Positions 9,939-20,273 of a stretch of DNA of 64,000 nt are shown here, piece by piece. Below the pieces are notes generated by a model. That model saw only the letters and a program-made list of their open reading frames with translations, was not told the origin of the DNA and did no database searches. Position numbers and translations under genes: made by a program. Every line of letters starts with the position of its first letter. Positions within the stretch are counted from its first letter, which is position 1. The stretch spans positions 1,618,070-1,682,069 of the forward strand of contig MU004236.1 in NCBI GenBank assembly GCA_010405405.1. The letters are read 5' to 3'. The stretch comes from Microthyrium microscopicum (Eukaryota).

Positions 9939-12900
9939 ATGGATCCTCTGTCAATAACGGCGGCTGTTGTTGGTCTGCTCACCGGATGTGGCAAGATTGG
10001 ATTTGCCTTGAAGGAATTCCATGATGGCTCTAACCATGCCTCCACCGCTGTCAACGGCCTCATCCTTGACGTGGAAGGTTTTGTCAAAGTCTTGGAGCTC
10101 ATGAAAGCCACGATTGAGCAGCCAAGCATCCAGACATCACTGCACAGTACTGGCCATATCGGCAATCACTGGAGCAACATCACAAAGCTCATCAATAATG
10201 CCCAGCAAACCCTTGCTAGGCTGAGCGACATGCTCGAAAAGGTCAACAAGAGCGTCAAGTTTCTTGATGGAGCGAGAAAACATCTTCGACTGAAGTCTGC
10301 ATCTGAAGAAATTGCTACTTTCCACCTTGAGATGAAATCTTACAAAGATACGTTACAGCTCTCGATACAAACTGTGATATCGTAGGTGTTTGAAACCTTC
10401 AAAAAAAAAATGCAGGCTTACTAAACGTGCCTAGGTGGAATCAAGTCAACTTTCAGGAGTCCACAAGTCAAATCTTACCTAGCTTGGAAGACTTGAGTTT
10501 AGAGGTTAGACGGATTGCCTCAGTTCTTCGGGAGCGAATGATTCAACTGCAAAGCACTGGAGACTCGACCATAGAACAGCATCAGCTTATAACTGCTGAT
10601 AATTTGACAAACTGTGTCCGCTCCGCTGCCTCAGTAGTTTCATCTGCGTCGACCATTCTTGGAATCTCTCCTGAAAATAATGTCCCGGGTGCTCAATCAT
10701 CAGAATTCGGAGACTGTTTTCCGATCGAACACAACGAGACCATGCAAAGATGGTTATCCTCCGTTAGTGTGTACAGATCAGGTCCTTCTCGGGTGCCGGA
10801 CGACACAAGAAGCGCCATATGGCCCGCTGAAGACAACGAAGTTCACCATTCAGATTCTGACGATGACCTGGAGCAAGAGATCGTTCAAACACTTCTCGAA
10901 AAAGGAAAAGAGAAACTCACTTCAGACGACATAGTTGCTGCTGAGCGTCTATTTCTTAACTGCCTTGCGCGGAGCTACCAAGTCAGATCTTTGAGGCTGA
11001 CTTTCGAGCAACCAGTTCTTAACCTTTTGAAGGAGATATATTACTCTCAGGAAGACTGGAGCCAGCTTCAGGGTATATTGATAAAGCAAGTGGCACTACA
11101 ATCACGAATTGCTACCAGAGGTGGCGATGACGGGCATACTCTGCTTCTTGAGCTCTCTGATGCGCTTCTGAAGCTCAAGAATTATACTGAAGCTCGTCTG
11201 TACGGTAGAAGAGCTCTCAAAACAGCCCGCAAGCGTCAAGCATCATCCAGAGTGGAGGCTACTCGAGCTTCTCTAGATATGCTAATTAGCATTTGCCAAG
11301 CTGATAATGATTTGGATGGGCAAGAAGCCTATCAGCTGATATTGACTGATCTAATTCAGAAGACCAAGTTGCAATCGACTGGGTCCACACTGCCATCTTC
11401 TCCTTCTGAAGTGCAGAATAAGATTCTGACTGAAAATTCCACAGCAAATGCGTCTCATCTCAAATCCGCGTCTGCAGGCCTTGTTGGCTTAGAAACTGAG
11501 CATGAGCGTCGAGAAACACGAGAAGAGCTACAACCAAGTGATGGAGAACAAGGTTCATCGCAGCCGCAATCCACAAGCATAGCCCAACCTATTGAGGCTT
11601 CACCTATTGGCGATTCAAGACCAGTGCAATCCTCAGAGATAGCATTGAATGCTGCAAGGTAAACGCGACATGTGAGCAGAGAAAAAGTTGCTAATGGTTA
11701 ATAGTTCGAAATCACTCGAAATATCGAGGCCAGAAGCAGAGATTTCAAGAATGGTTGATCATGCGTCTGTTATGCCAGGAAAACACAGCACGGAAGGCCA
11801 AACCTATAACGAGTCGAACCCAAAATCTCGACACTATATACATTCCGAATACGATCCCTTCAGAATTTCAAGCTCATTAAGTCTGGAACTTCGACCCTCC
11901 TCAGTAATTCTTCATGCTAGCCCTGTGCGTGATGTCGCTGTAAGCCTGGTTTCTCTAGAGCAACAGATCGTTTGTGATGGCGAAGCTACCATATCTTCTT
12001 CCTCTAATTTGTCTCTTGCAAGTACTGGCGGAAGACGAGAGAGGCAACTGCTAAATTCAATGAATGTGGAACAAGCACATACTGACAATACTCTGCCATT
12101 TCCAAGTGCTGAGTCTTCCAATTCGGAAGACTCAAAATCCATTTCTGCAATACAACTTGCTGGTGTCCAAATCTGGGCCGTGACGAGTGAATCCAAGAAA
12201 GAAACAATAACTTTGGCGACAGGTTTAAAGTTGATGGACACGCAAACCGTTATGACTGTTAACGCCTCTGAAAGGCTCGCTTTCAAGCTGGCTCTGGAGA
12301 AACATTTAAGAAATTTCACATATAACGCAATGCCCGTTATCGGAAATGGCGCGTGTCTTGAAAACGTGGTCCTACTCATCAACGGCAGCTATCACGATCT
12401 ACCTTTAGAAGAGAGAAACGTAGAACTGCTTCTGCAGGTGGCTCGAAAATGTAAAGCCATCATCTTTTATCAACTCTCACCTGATCGAAACAGGGATATA
12501 CTGAGTCTAATACGACAATACAAGGGTCAAAAACAATCCAGAAAGGCCATTCTGCTCTCCATTGCCAACACTAGACCTCAGATCTCAATACTCGAAACCT
12601 CTAGAATATTCGCTGAAGGATTGACTCAATCTCGTTTTACAGCAAGACAAGCCAACCAAGCCATTTCTAACATTCCAAGACTCTTTCTGTCACCGCTTGA
12701 TAGCCTGCGATGCGATGCTCGGAGAAAAGTTGTAGTTGTAGGAGACCCCATCCAGGGAAAGACGGCTCTCATGATGTAATCCTTCTGTATAGTCCTTCAT
12801 TGGGATACTTGTGCTAACATCTCCTGCTCTAGCCGATTTGCGCGGGGCGAAATGATTGAGGTAAGAACAGATCCTATTGATGTCTCTGATGGTCGTAGCT

Positions 12901-13564
12901 TGCTAAGATCCATAATCCAGGTTAACAGGGCAACGGTGGGTCTTGACCAGTACGTTGGCTGGGGTTATTGTGTGGATCAAAAAGTCGAGCTGTCTATTTG
13001 GGATACACCAGGAATCGAAGATTATGACAGATTACGCCCACTATCGTATCCTGATAGTCATGCTATCCTGATATGTTTCGGTATTGATGCTCCGGACTCA
13101 CTCGATAATGTACAGGAAAAGGTTTGTGTGTCTATGCTTTCTAGTAGATGTCGCTTTTGGTATCGTGCTAACACAAGAGAATAGTGGATACCTGAGGTGC
13201 TCCATTTCTGCAGTGGACTGCCCATAATTCTTGTAGGCCTAAAAAAAGAACAGCGCACCAATTCAAGTACAATCGAAGACTTGCATAAAACGGGCCAAGT
13301 GCCTGTTACTATGGATCAAGTAAGACGATGTTTTGGGTACAAGTACCATAACTTGCAACCAGCTAATTGATCTTGTAGGGAGAAGATGTTGCAAAGAGGA
13401 TAGGCGCTGTAGCGTATTTAGAGTGTTCAGCTTTTACAGGCGAAGGCGTCACTGAAGTATTTGATCATGTTGCAATGGTAACTACCCAGTCTGTTGCAGT
13501 CAAGACGACGACGAAAAGCCTTCGCACGCGACTAGGTATACGAAAGAGTCAAATCAGAGAATGA
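9939..13564 (+). CDS. Chimeric protein (~1095 aa): HeLo-like N-terminal domain / TPR-like helices / degenerate P4-ATPase P-domain fragment / degenerate Rho1-like GTPase
   Basis: Exons 9939-10381, 10435-11658, 11705-12775, 12833-12860, 12921-13121, 13185-13319, 13379-13564. All six introns are GT..AG, 46-63 nt, with CTAA-type branch sites, and keep frame (3288 nt total). N-terminus [20 protein letters not shown] is typical of HeLo-like fungal STAND N-terminal domains. C-terminus contains [55 protein letters not shown], which is Rho1-like. Confidence 0.82.
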
Positions 13565-14152
13565 TCTCACAAATTCAACCGGATGTCGAAGCTCCAGATC
13601 TCGACTAGCGTTATGGACTACATACTTAGGTTTAAAGGACGGATATAATTTTGATTCGATGCAGAGATATCTTAGGTACCTACCTAAGTTACCCAAGGCC
13701 AAGAGTGCAGACGGGTACTCTGGTTGTTCCGCAAATATGATATGATGCTAGGGTGTTCATGCACGCGGTATATCAGGCACTCAAACATTGCCATCTGGTG
13801 AACGATGGGTATCTCTAATGCAACTCTGAGCATGCTCTGATATCGGCGATGCGATGTAGTTGGACAGCGATGAAGTCAACACTGGGCCCTGGCAAAGACT
13901 TGCAATGACGAAGGGACCCAGTCGCGTGCCGTGGACACTAAACAAGACTAACACTGAAATCGACTAGACGCTGATCTTGCTGGGCCTCGGGACGCTCGCA
14001 GCGTGGCAATGGACACGCGAGTGACGCGACAAAATGATATCCATAAGAACCAAGGTTTCGCCTGTGGTCTATACCATATCGTTAGTACATAGCCGTGCAT
14101 AGGGGAGTGGTAAACACGCTCCTGACACGCTGCCACGGTGCTGTCACGGAGC

Positions 14153-14458
14153 TGTCACAGACTAGGAGCAAGGTAGAGTATTCTAATTGGTTGATAATTA
14201 TTAATAAGAAAGAATATTAATAAATCTAGGAGCTATCGGAGTTAAGGGAGTAAGTAGTAAGGATAAGGGTCGTGCAGTATATATTCAGTTTATGAGTAAA
14301 TTTATTTTTAGATCTCGTATTATCCTTATAGAAACTAAGCCGTAATTCTATACATAATAATGTAATAGCCTAGCCGCTTATAGCTTAGCCTAAGCCGTAA
14401 ACTAGCAAACTCTCTTTAAGCTAACCACCAGCCAACCACTAGTTCAATTCTCGCAACA
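14153..14458. mobile_element. Probable RIP-mutated solo LTR (306 bp)
   Basis: AT-rich, TpA-rich island bounded by TGTCAC...GCAACA; flanks GGAGC and GTAGC give a 4/5 TSD match. Confidence 0.5.
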
Positions 14459-15200
14459 GTAGCAAAAATAAACAAGTTCAAAATTAAGTAGGAAAAATAG
14501 AAGAAAATAGAACTCAGCCAAAATTGGCTAATTTCTTTTTTTGTGATTTTTGGTTGCTGACTAAGCATTTTCAACCAATCAAAAGATTTAGAGATATCGC
14601 TAACATAGCCTTAACACGCTAACACGCCTAACACCATGTCAAGATCTGTCACAGTGTCAAATTCTGTCACAGTGTATACACCCAACCCAGCATTGACATA
14701 TGTCAATTAATTAAATTCGTGTCTAGACCGTGAATTACCTGTGAACGCCCTCCCCTTAGGCCCGGCCATGTAGTATTCGATTGGAAGTTTAGGTAAACAC
14801 AAATGAAAGAAAAAGATGACCTCAACTGAGGCAACAAAAGCAAGCAATTCTGGCGGTTGTAACTTGTAAGTTGAGAACTTGAGCCGCGCCGTAAATTTTC
14901 CTAATCGATAAGCGGAAAGGAGACAAGTGCCAACAAGAGACGGAAGCACTTAGCAGGCAAGGGGGCCAAACGTCATGATGTTTCTTCCTTCACTTTTGTT
15001 TGGTCCGCCAACTTCCGCTGCATATGCAACAGAGGCAATGCCGGCCAATATATCCTCTCACCTAACTCTTTGCTCGCGTGCCAACTGCCCAAAATTAAAG
15101 GACATCCTAGCCCTTTTTCTTCACCTCCTAATTTTTCCTCTGTTTTTGCCATTTTCCGCCTGCAACTCTCTACCATCCACCTATATCGCTATACCTAACC

Positions 15201-16894
15201 ATGCTCTTTGCTCCCACATTTCCTGCCTATACAGGGCCTCATACAGTCGGCAGCTGCGATGTGGAAGTCCCTGTCTTCCAGCTGGATTCCCCAGTCGACG
15301 CTCCAGATGCTTCCCTAGGAACCGTGGCCTTCCGCATATTCTATCCATGCGAACCAGAAAGCAAACCAAGACCCGTCAAGTGGCTGCCTTCTCCACAATC
15401 AGAATATGTGAGCGCATATTGTCGATTCGCTGGCGCATCGCCGAGGCTGGCCGGATTTCTATCGTAAGAATGTCCCAGATCACTACTCAATGGCAATCAT
15501 TTAATGAGCCCAGCTATTTCCCTCAATTCCTATACATGACCTCCATTCCCGTACAACGAAACGCCAAACTTGCTCAAGCAACCACAGATACAGGGCGTTG
15601 GCCAGTCCTAGTCTTCTCCCATGGCCTCGGTGGCTCACGAAATGCCTACTCTCACATCTGCGGCTCCCTCGCATCCTACGGCATCATCGTGATAGCCCCC
15701 GACCATCGCGACACGAGCTCACCCATCTCCTTTGTTCGCGCTACCGAGACCACCGAAGCAAAGATAGTGGGCTACAATAAATTTTCCCACACTCCCTCTC
15801 CCGAAGTCTACCAGGGTCGTGATAACCAACTGCGCATCCGCCTCTGGGAACTCGGCTGCATCCACGACGCCATGGTCCGTATAGATCTCGGCACCTGTCC
15901 CGCAAACTTAGACGACAACAAGTCTTCCAAAGGCGCCCGCACCGAAGTCCTCGATATGTTTCGCTCGAAAATGAACCTACACGCTCCTGGCTCAATCGCC
16001 TGGGCCGGCCACTCTTTCGGCGCAACGACAATGGTCCAGCTCCTGAAATCAAGCTACTACAGCGCGCCCACTGAATCCGAAAAGACCGAATTAACTTCCA
16101 CCCTCTTCCTACCATCCCGCGATTCGCCAATAGTCCAGCAAATCACGCCCGCCAGCGTATCCCTCCTTCTCGACATGTGGTGTCTCCCCCTCCGCTCAAA
16201 AGCAACCCGCTGGCTCTGGAACAAACCCATGCCCGCATACTCTCAGTCCCACGCAACCGTACCACCCGCAGGCGGTTCAGCGCTACTCAGCGTGCTATCA
16301 GAATCATTCGCCATCTGGGATGGCAATCTAAACGACACCAAACGCGCGCTTGCACCAACAACTGCACCACCAAATGGGAATATCAAATGGACACCGCATT
16401 TCTTCTACCCCGAAGCATCAGCGCATCTAAGCCAAAGCGACTTCGGCCTCGTCTTCCCCTGGCTAACAGCACGCGTCCTCAAAACCAAAGAACCAGACCG
16501 TCTCCTCCGCCTGAATGCGCGCGCAATGCTACAAGTCCTCCGCGAAAATGGCTTTGCGGTCGCAGGACCAACAGCCGCAGATCTCGAGACATCCAAGAAC
16601 ACCAAAATGTCTGAAAAGCCACTGGACGACGCGGCAATTCTAAAAGCAGATGGCGGTGTGCGAGGCTGGAAGGCCGTCGAAATGAAATCCTTCAAAATCA
16701 AGCAAGAGACCGTTGCTAGCGATGACGCGAGCGCGAGTTCTGGTTCGGGTGTACATGTGGAAGATGACTATCAGCAGGAGCAGGCGGGTGAGGTCGATGG
16801 AGCAGATATTGTCGCGCCAGCCGAGGAAGGTGAGAATTTGGCGATGCGGCCGACGGCTAGTCGGAGAAAGAGTAGTGCGATTGCTGTGCATTGA
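15201..16894 (+). CDS. Platelet-activating-factor acetylhydrolase family alpha/beta hydrolase (2 exons)
   Basis: Exon 1 15201-15463 (FPAYTGPHTVGSCDVEVP..FRIFYPC), intron 15464-15513, exon 2 15514-16894 with WPVLVFSHGLGGSRNAYSHICGSLASYG, nucleophile motif GHSFG, LLDMW and AHLSQSDF. Confidence 0.9.
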
Positions 16895-17099
16895 GCGGTA
16901 CAGTCTTTGAAGACGTTTGTATAAATAGTGTTTGCGATGGCATGATCTTTGGGCATTTTTATAAGCGGCATTGGTAGCGATTTGCGATTATACCAAAGGC
17001 ATGGATTATGGATTTGATGATGAGCATGAATATAGAGATGATAGACAGTACACATACCATAGCGTGGTAGGGGGGGTAATAGAAATCATTGCCAGTGAT

Positions 17100-17362
17100 G
17101 TTTTAGAAGACCGTGAAGTTATTATAGAAATATTATAATAGGGTCGTTTTCCTATTTTAGTATTATGTTACCTTATGTATAGTCTAAGTCTATCTTCTTC
17201 TACTTTAAGCATTTTTAGCTAAAGGGGGAGAAGTTACGATAGGACTTTTAGAAGGAGTAAATACGATAGCCGCCAAGGCTTCATCGTACCTGCTATATAT
17301 TCACATTCAAGGTAAATTCAATTAGTAAATCACGATCGTAGTAGAACCGTAGATCCGTAACT
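17100..17362 (+). mobile_element. Degenerate LTR-retrotransposon 3' remnant (PPT plus short LTR-like segment)
   Basis: TpA-rich sequence, then polypurine tract AAAGGGGGAGA (17221-17231), then a 131-bp segment bounded by inverted termini AGTTACG (17232) and CGTAACT (17362). Confidence 0.45.
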
Positions 17363-17412
17363 CTCATTGTATTGTAATACCGTGCTAGCCTAAGTCGTAG
17401 TTCGAATGTAAG

Positions 17413-17436
17413 AAAAAAAAAAAAAAAAAAAAAAAA
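17413..17436. repeat. Poly(A) tract, 24 nt
   Basis: Direct reading of the sequence. Confidence 0.95.
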
Positions 17437-18395
17437 GGGAAGCCAGTTTTGGCTCATTGTGCCCCTTTTTTTGGTGTTGTAAAGAGCATTACTTTAAAAA
17501 GGCCATTTTTACGCTAAAAATAGCACTTCCGAAGAAAATACTATTCCTAAACTAATCTACAATTTCTCTCCCTGTCCCAAGAAGTGCTATGTTTCTGCTA
17601 AAGATTACTGGAAATCATGAAAACATCCTCGTAACACTATTTCCATTACCCCCCGTCGCGCGCTATGGTACATAGCGATTAGCAATAGATTGACTTCCCT
17701 AGATCAAGTTTGGAAATGTACCGTGATTTCACAATTGTGGAGACCGATTATTAAAGTGCAAAAGAGCATAGATTGACTAATTCCTAAATTTTCAAATCCC
17801 GATAATGCAAACAATGAAAGGCAAAAAAGCTATCATTCGTGGTGTGGCGACCCAGTTCCAAGCAACCCAATAGTTCTACTAACCATCAAAGGAATGCTCC
17901 TGTTCCATGGCGTTCGAAGAGACCCATCAATCCAATAGCATACATACTTTACACAAATTTCCAAAGCAAAGACGTGCCACATCATCCAGTAAAGTTCAAT
18001 CAATAGCAGCCAGCGAGAGAGTATGATCACGATCATGATGTGGAGTCAGGTGCAATGATGCAGACCAAGAAGACGATCTCAGAAAATGTTCAAGGCGAGC
18101 CAGACGAAGTCATCGTTCAACGTCAAGTGTTGTCAAGAGGAAACCGGCTTACGAGCATCCCAAGCACCACATGCGTAACGATCGTTCAACGCAGGAGTGA
18201 AAACAGAAAGACAACCGAGACTCCAGAAATATTTTTTCAGGGGTATCATGTCGAGAGAGCAAACGATCCAAAGCAATCCGCAAATCCGGGTAATGGATTG
18301 CCAACACGGTCGAAAAGTGCAGATAGTTGATTGCAAAGCATGTCAAAAACATCAGTGTAAAATCACAGATCAGGTCGGACAGAGTGACGCCTCTT

Positions 18396-20273
18396 CTACG
18401 AGGTTGGTGCTGGTTGATTTTGGCCGGGTTGGAGAGCTGCGGCATACCACATAGCCATGTAGTTGGCGTAGCCGCCGTAGGCAGCATATGGGTCAGCTGC
18501 AGTATCGGCACTATCGGCACCATTAGAGCCACCTTGCTGGCCTTGGTTGTATCCGTTGGACTGCTGGTTGTAGGAGTTGTTGCCGCCATTTCGACCACCG
18601 CCATACTGTTGATTTTGCGAATAACGGTCACCACCATTGTTATCATGACGATTATTGGCACGTTGATTACCCTTTTCACGCTGAATGGCGTTAGTTGACG
18701 AGTTAAATGCAGAGGATATTTGACGACTTACCACCATGTCGACCTTTTCCCATACAGCTGCCTTTGCAGCAGCTATAGCTTGGGCGGTGCCAACGAGTCC
18801 AATTTCACGCTCAATATCGGCACCCGATGCCTGGGAGACATTGATCTTACACTGGGAGGTTGCCTGCATTTCGCGGATCGTTTCACCACCTTTTCCAATA
18901 ATCATACCCACAGATTCCGATGGCACCATGATCGTTTCAGAGATCTTTCCTGGAGGAGGGGCATGATTGTCATTATTCCGAGTCTGTGGTGCATAGTTTT
19001 GAGCAGGAGCATTGTCAGTTTGACCGGAATTGCCACGGGTGTCACTCTCAACGATTTCCATGATCAGATCCTTGGCTTTTTGCGACGCTTCAGGTGTGCC
19101 AATCAGGTTCACTGGACGAAGGCCATTCAACGACTTGTTGGGGCCAACAATATTAATATGGCATTCGCTCCGCTCTTGAAGGTCACGAATGGTTTCACCA
19201 CCACGTCCTATGATTAGGCCTACGGTCCGATCAGGTACCATAATCTGCACGGCATTTTCACCTTCACGAAGGGCAGGTTGTTGCGAAGGAGATCTACCAT
19301 GTGAGGACTGCTGTTGTTGTTGCATCATTGGTGGTTGCTGGGGTCGATAGCCGCCATCACGATTGTCGTTGCGAGGTCCGCGAGAATCGCGGCCTTGATT
19401 AGCCTTGTTTTCAGCAATAGTGCGATCAATCTCGCGCTTGGCAGCTTCACGAGCTCGGGGAGGACCAGAGATGCGACACGAGCGAGTAGGTCCAGGATGA
19501 TCAGGCGATGTGATGAATTGGATGCGAGCAGAGGTCTCAGATTCAATGCGGCGCATGTTTTCGCCTTGACGACCAATAACCAGTCCAACAAGGTTAGAAT
19601 CAATTTCGATCAAGTCAGAATCGTCATTGTCACGGCGAGGAGGTGATCTATCACGGCCATATCCACGGCCATTCGGGGGCGAAAATCGTTGGCCACGAGC
19701 GGGAGAGCGAGAGCGATCTCGAAAGCCACCACGTCTAGCATCATCACGACGGTCATCACGATATGGATTGGCATTGTAGTTGTCGCGGCGAGGAGAACGC
19801 GAGCGGGAGCGGGAACGTTGGTAAGGTCCACCTCTACGAGCATCTGAGGAGTAATTAGAGATTGCACGGCGAGTGGAAAGTTCAAAGCAATTACCAGCAG
19901 AATTACGACCACTATCATAAGCAATGCCCTTTTCAGCAGCGAAGCTTCTCGCTTTGGCGATTGCATCATTTATGTTGACAGACCCGCTGTTGACTGGGTT
20001 GACAGCAGAAAGATCAATGTGTCCGGAATTGGTCGGTTGAGGAAGGCCATAGGGAGGCATCTGCGCATGTCCGGGTGGAGCAAGACCTAGAGCTTGTAGA
20101 TTTAGAGGAGCTCCTAGTGGTTGACCGGATTGTTGCTGTGCTTGCGGTTGTGCTTGGTTAGCTGGAGCTTGCGCTGCTAGATCACGAAAGTTAGGATTAT
20201 TCATAATTCTTTGTGAGAGGTTGGTCGTACCCAAAGCGGCCAGGATGGCTTGAAGATCTGGTGGTTGTGCCAT
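18396..20273 (-). CDS. KH-domain RNA-binding protein, FUBP/KSRP-like (3 KH domains, RS-rich region)
   Basis: Start MAQPPDLQAILAAL at 20273. Three KH motifs: VGLVIGRQGENMR, VGLIIGRGGETIR, VGMIIGKGGETIR. RSRSRSRSP region; C-terminal DPYAAYGGYANYMAMW. Likely introns 20230-20177, 19894-19844, 18731-18681. Confidence 0.9.
   Translation of the reverse strand: MAQPPDLQAILAALGTTNLSQRIMNNPNFRDLAAQAPANQAQPQAQQQSGQPLGAPLNLQALGLAPPGHAQMPPYGLPQPTNSGHIDLSAVNPVNSGSVNINDAIAKARSFAAEKGIAYDSGRNSAGNCFELSTRRAISNYSSDARRGGPYQRSRSRSRSPRRDNYNANPYRDDRRDDARRGGFRDRSRSPARGQRFSPPNGRGYGRDRSPPRRDNDDSDLIEIDSNLVGLVIGRQGENMRRIESETSARIQFITSPDHPGPTRSCRISGPPRAREAAKREIDRTIAENKANQGRDSRGPRNDNRDGGYRPQQPPMMQQQQQSSHGRSPSQQPALREGENAVQIMVPDRTVGLIIGRGGETIRDLQERSECHINIVGPNKSLNGLRPVNLIGTPEASQKAKDLIMEIVESDTRGNSGQTDNAPAQNYAPQTRNNDNHAPPPGKISETIMVPSESVGMIIGKGGETIREMQATSQCKINVSQASGADIEREIGLVGTAQAIAAAKAAVWEKVDMVVSRQISSAFNSSTNAIQREKGNQRANNRHDNNGGDRYSQNQQYGGGRNGGNNSYNQQSNGYNQGQQGGSNGADSADTAADPYAAYGGYANYMAMWYAAALQPGQNQPAPTS

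Noticed and set aside
10435..12700. NACHT/NB-ARC domain or amyloid signalling motif after the HeLo-like domain
   Set aside because: No Walker A (GxxxxGK[ST]) before the Rho domain, and no HET-s-like or PP-like repeat motif that I could recognise.
12720..13564. Stand-alone canonical rho1 gene
   Set aside because: The P-loop is encoded at the end of a 1-kb exon continuous with upstream coding sequence, key motifs are altered and there is no CAAX box. No gene symbol assigned.
14975..15200. N-terminal extension of the 639-aa ORF
   Set aside because: The family-typical N-terminus lies in another frame (ATG 15201) and is joined by intron 15464-15513; the extension is a chance open frame.
17413..17436. 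Poly(A) tail of a LINE/SINE or retrocopy
   Set aside because: No flanking TSD, RT relic or pol III boxes could be identified; kept only as a homopolymer.
18040..19969. Many short overlapping ORFs around the KH gene (and similar shadows over the peptidase, PAF-AH and P-loop genes)
   Set aside because: Antisense or alternate-frame shadows of real CDSs with no motifs of their own.
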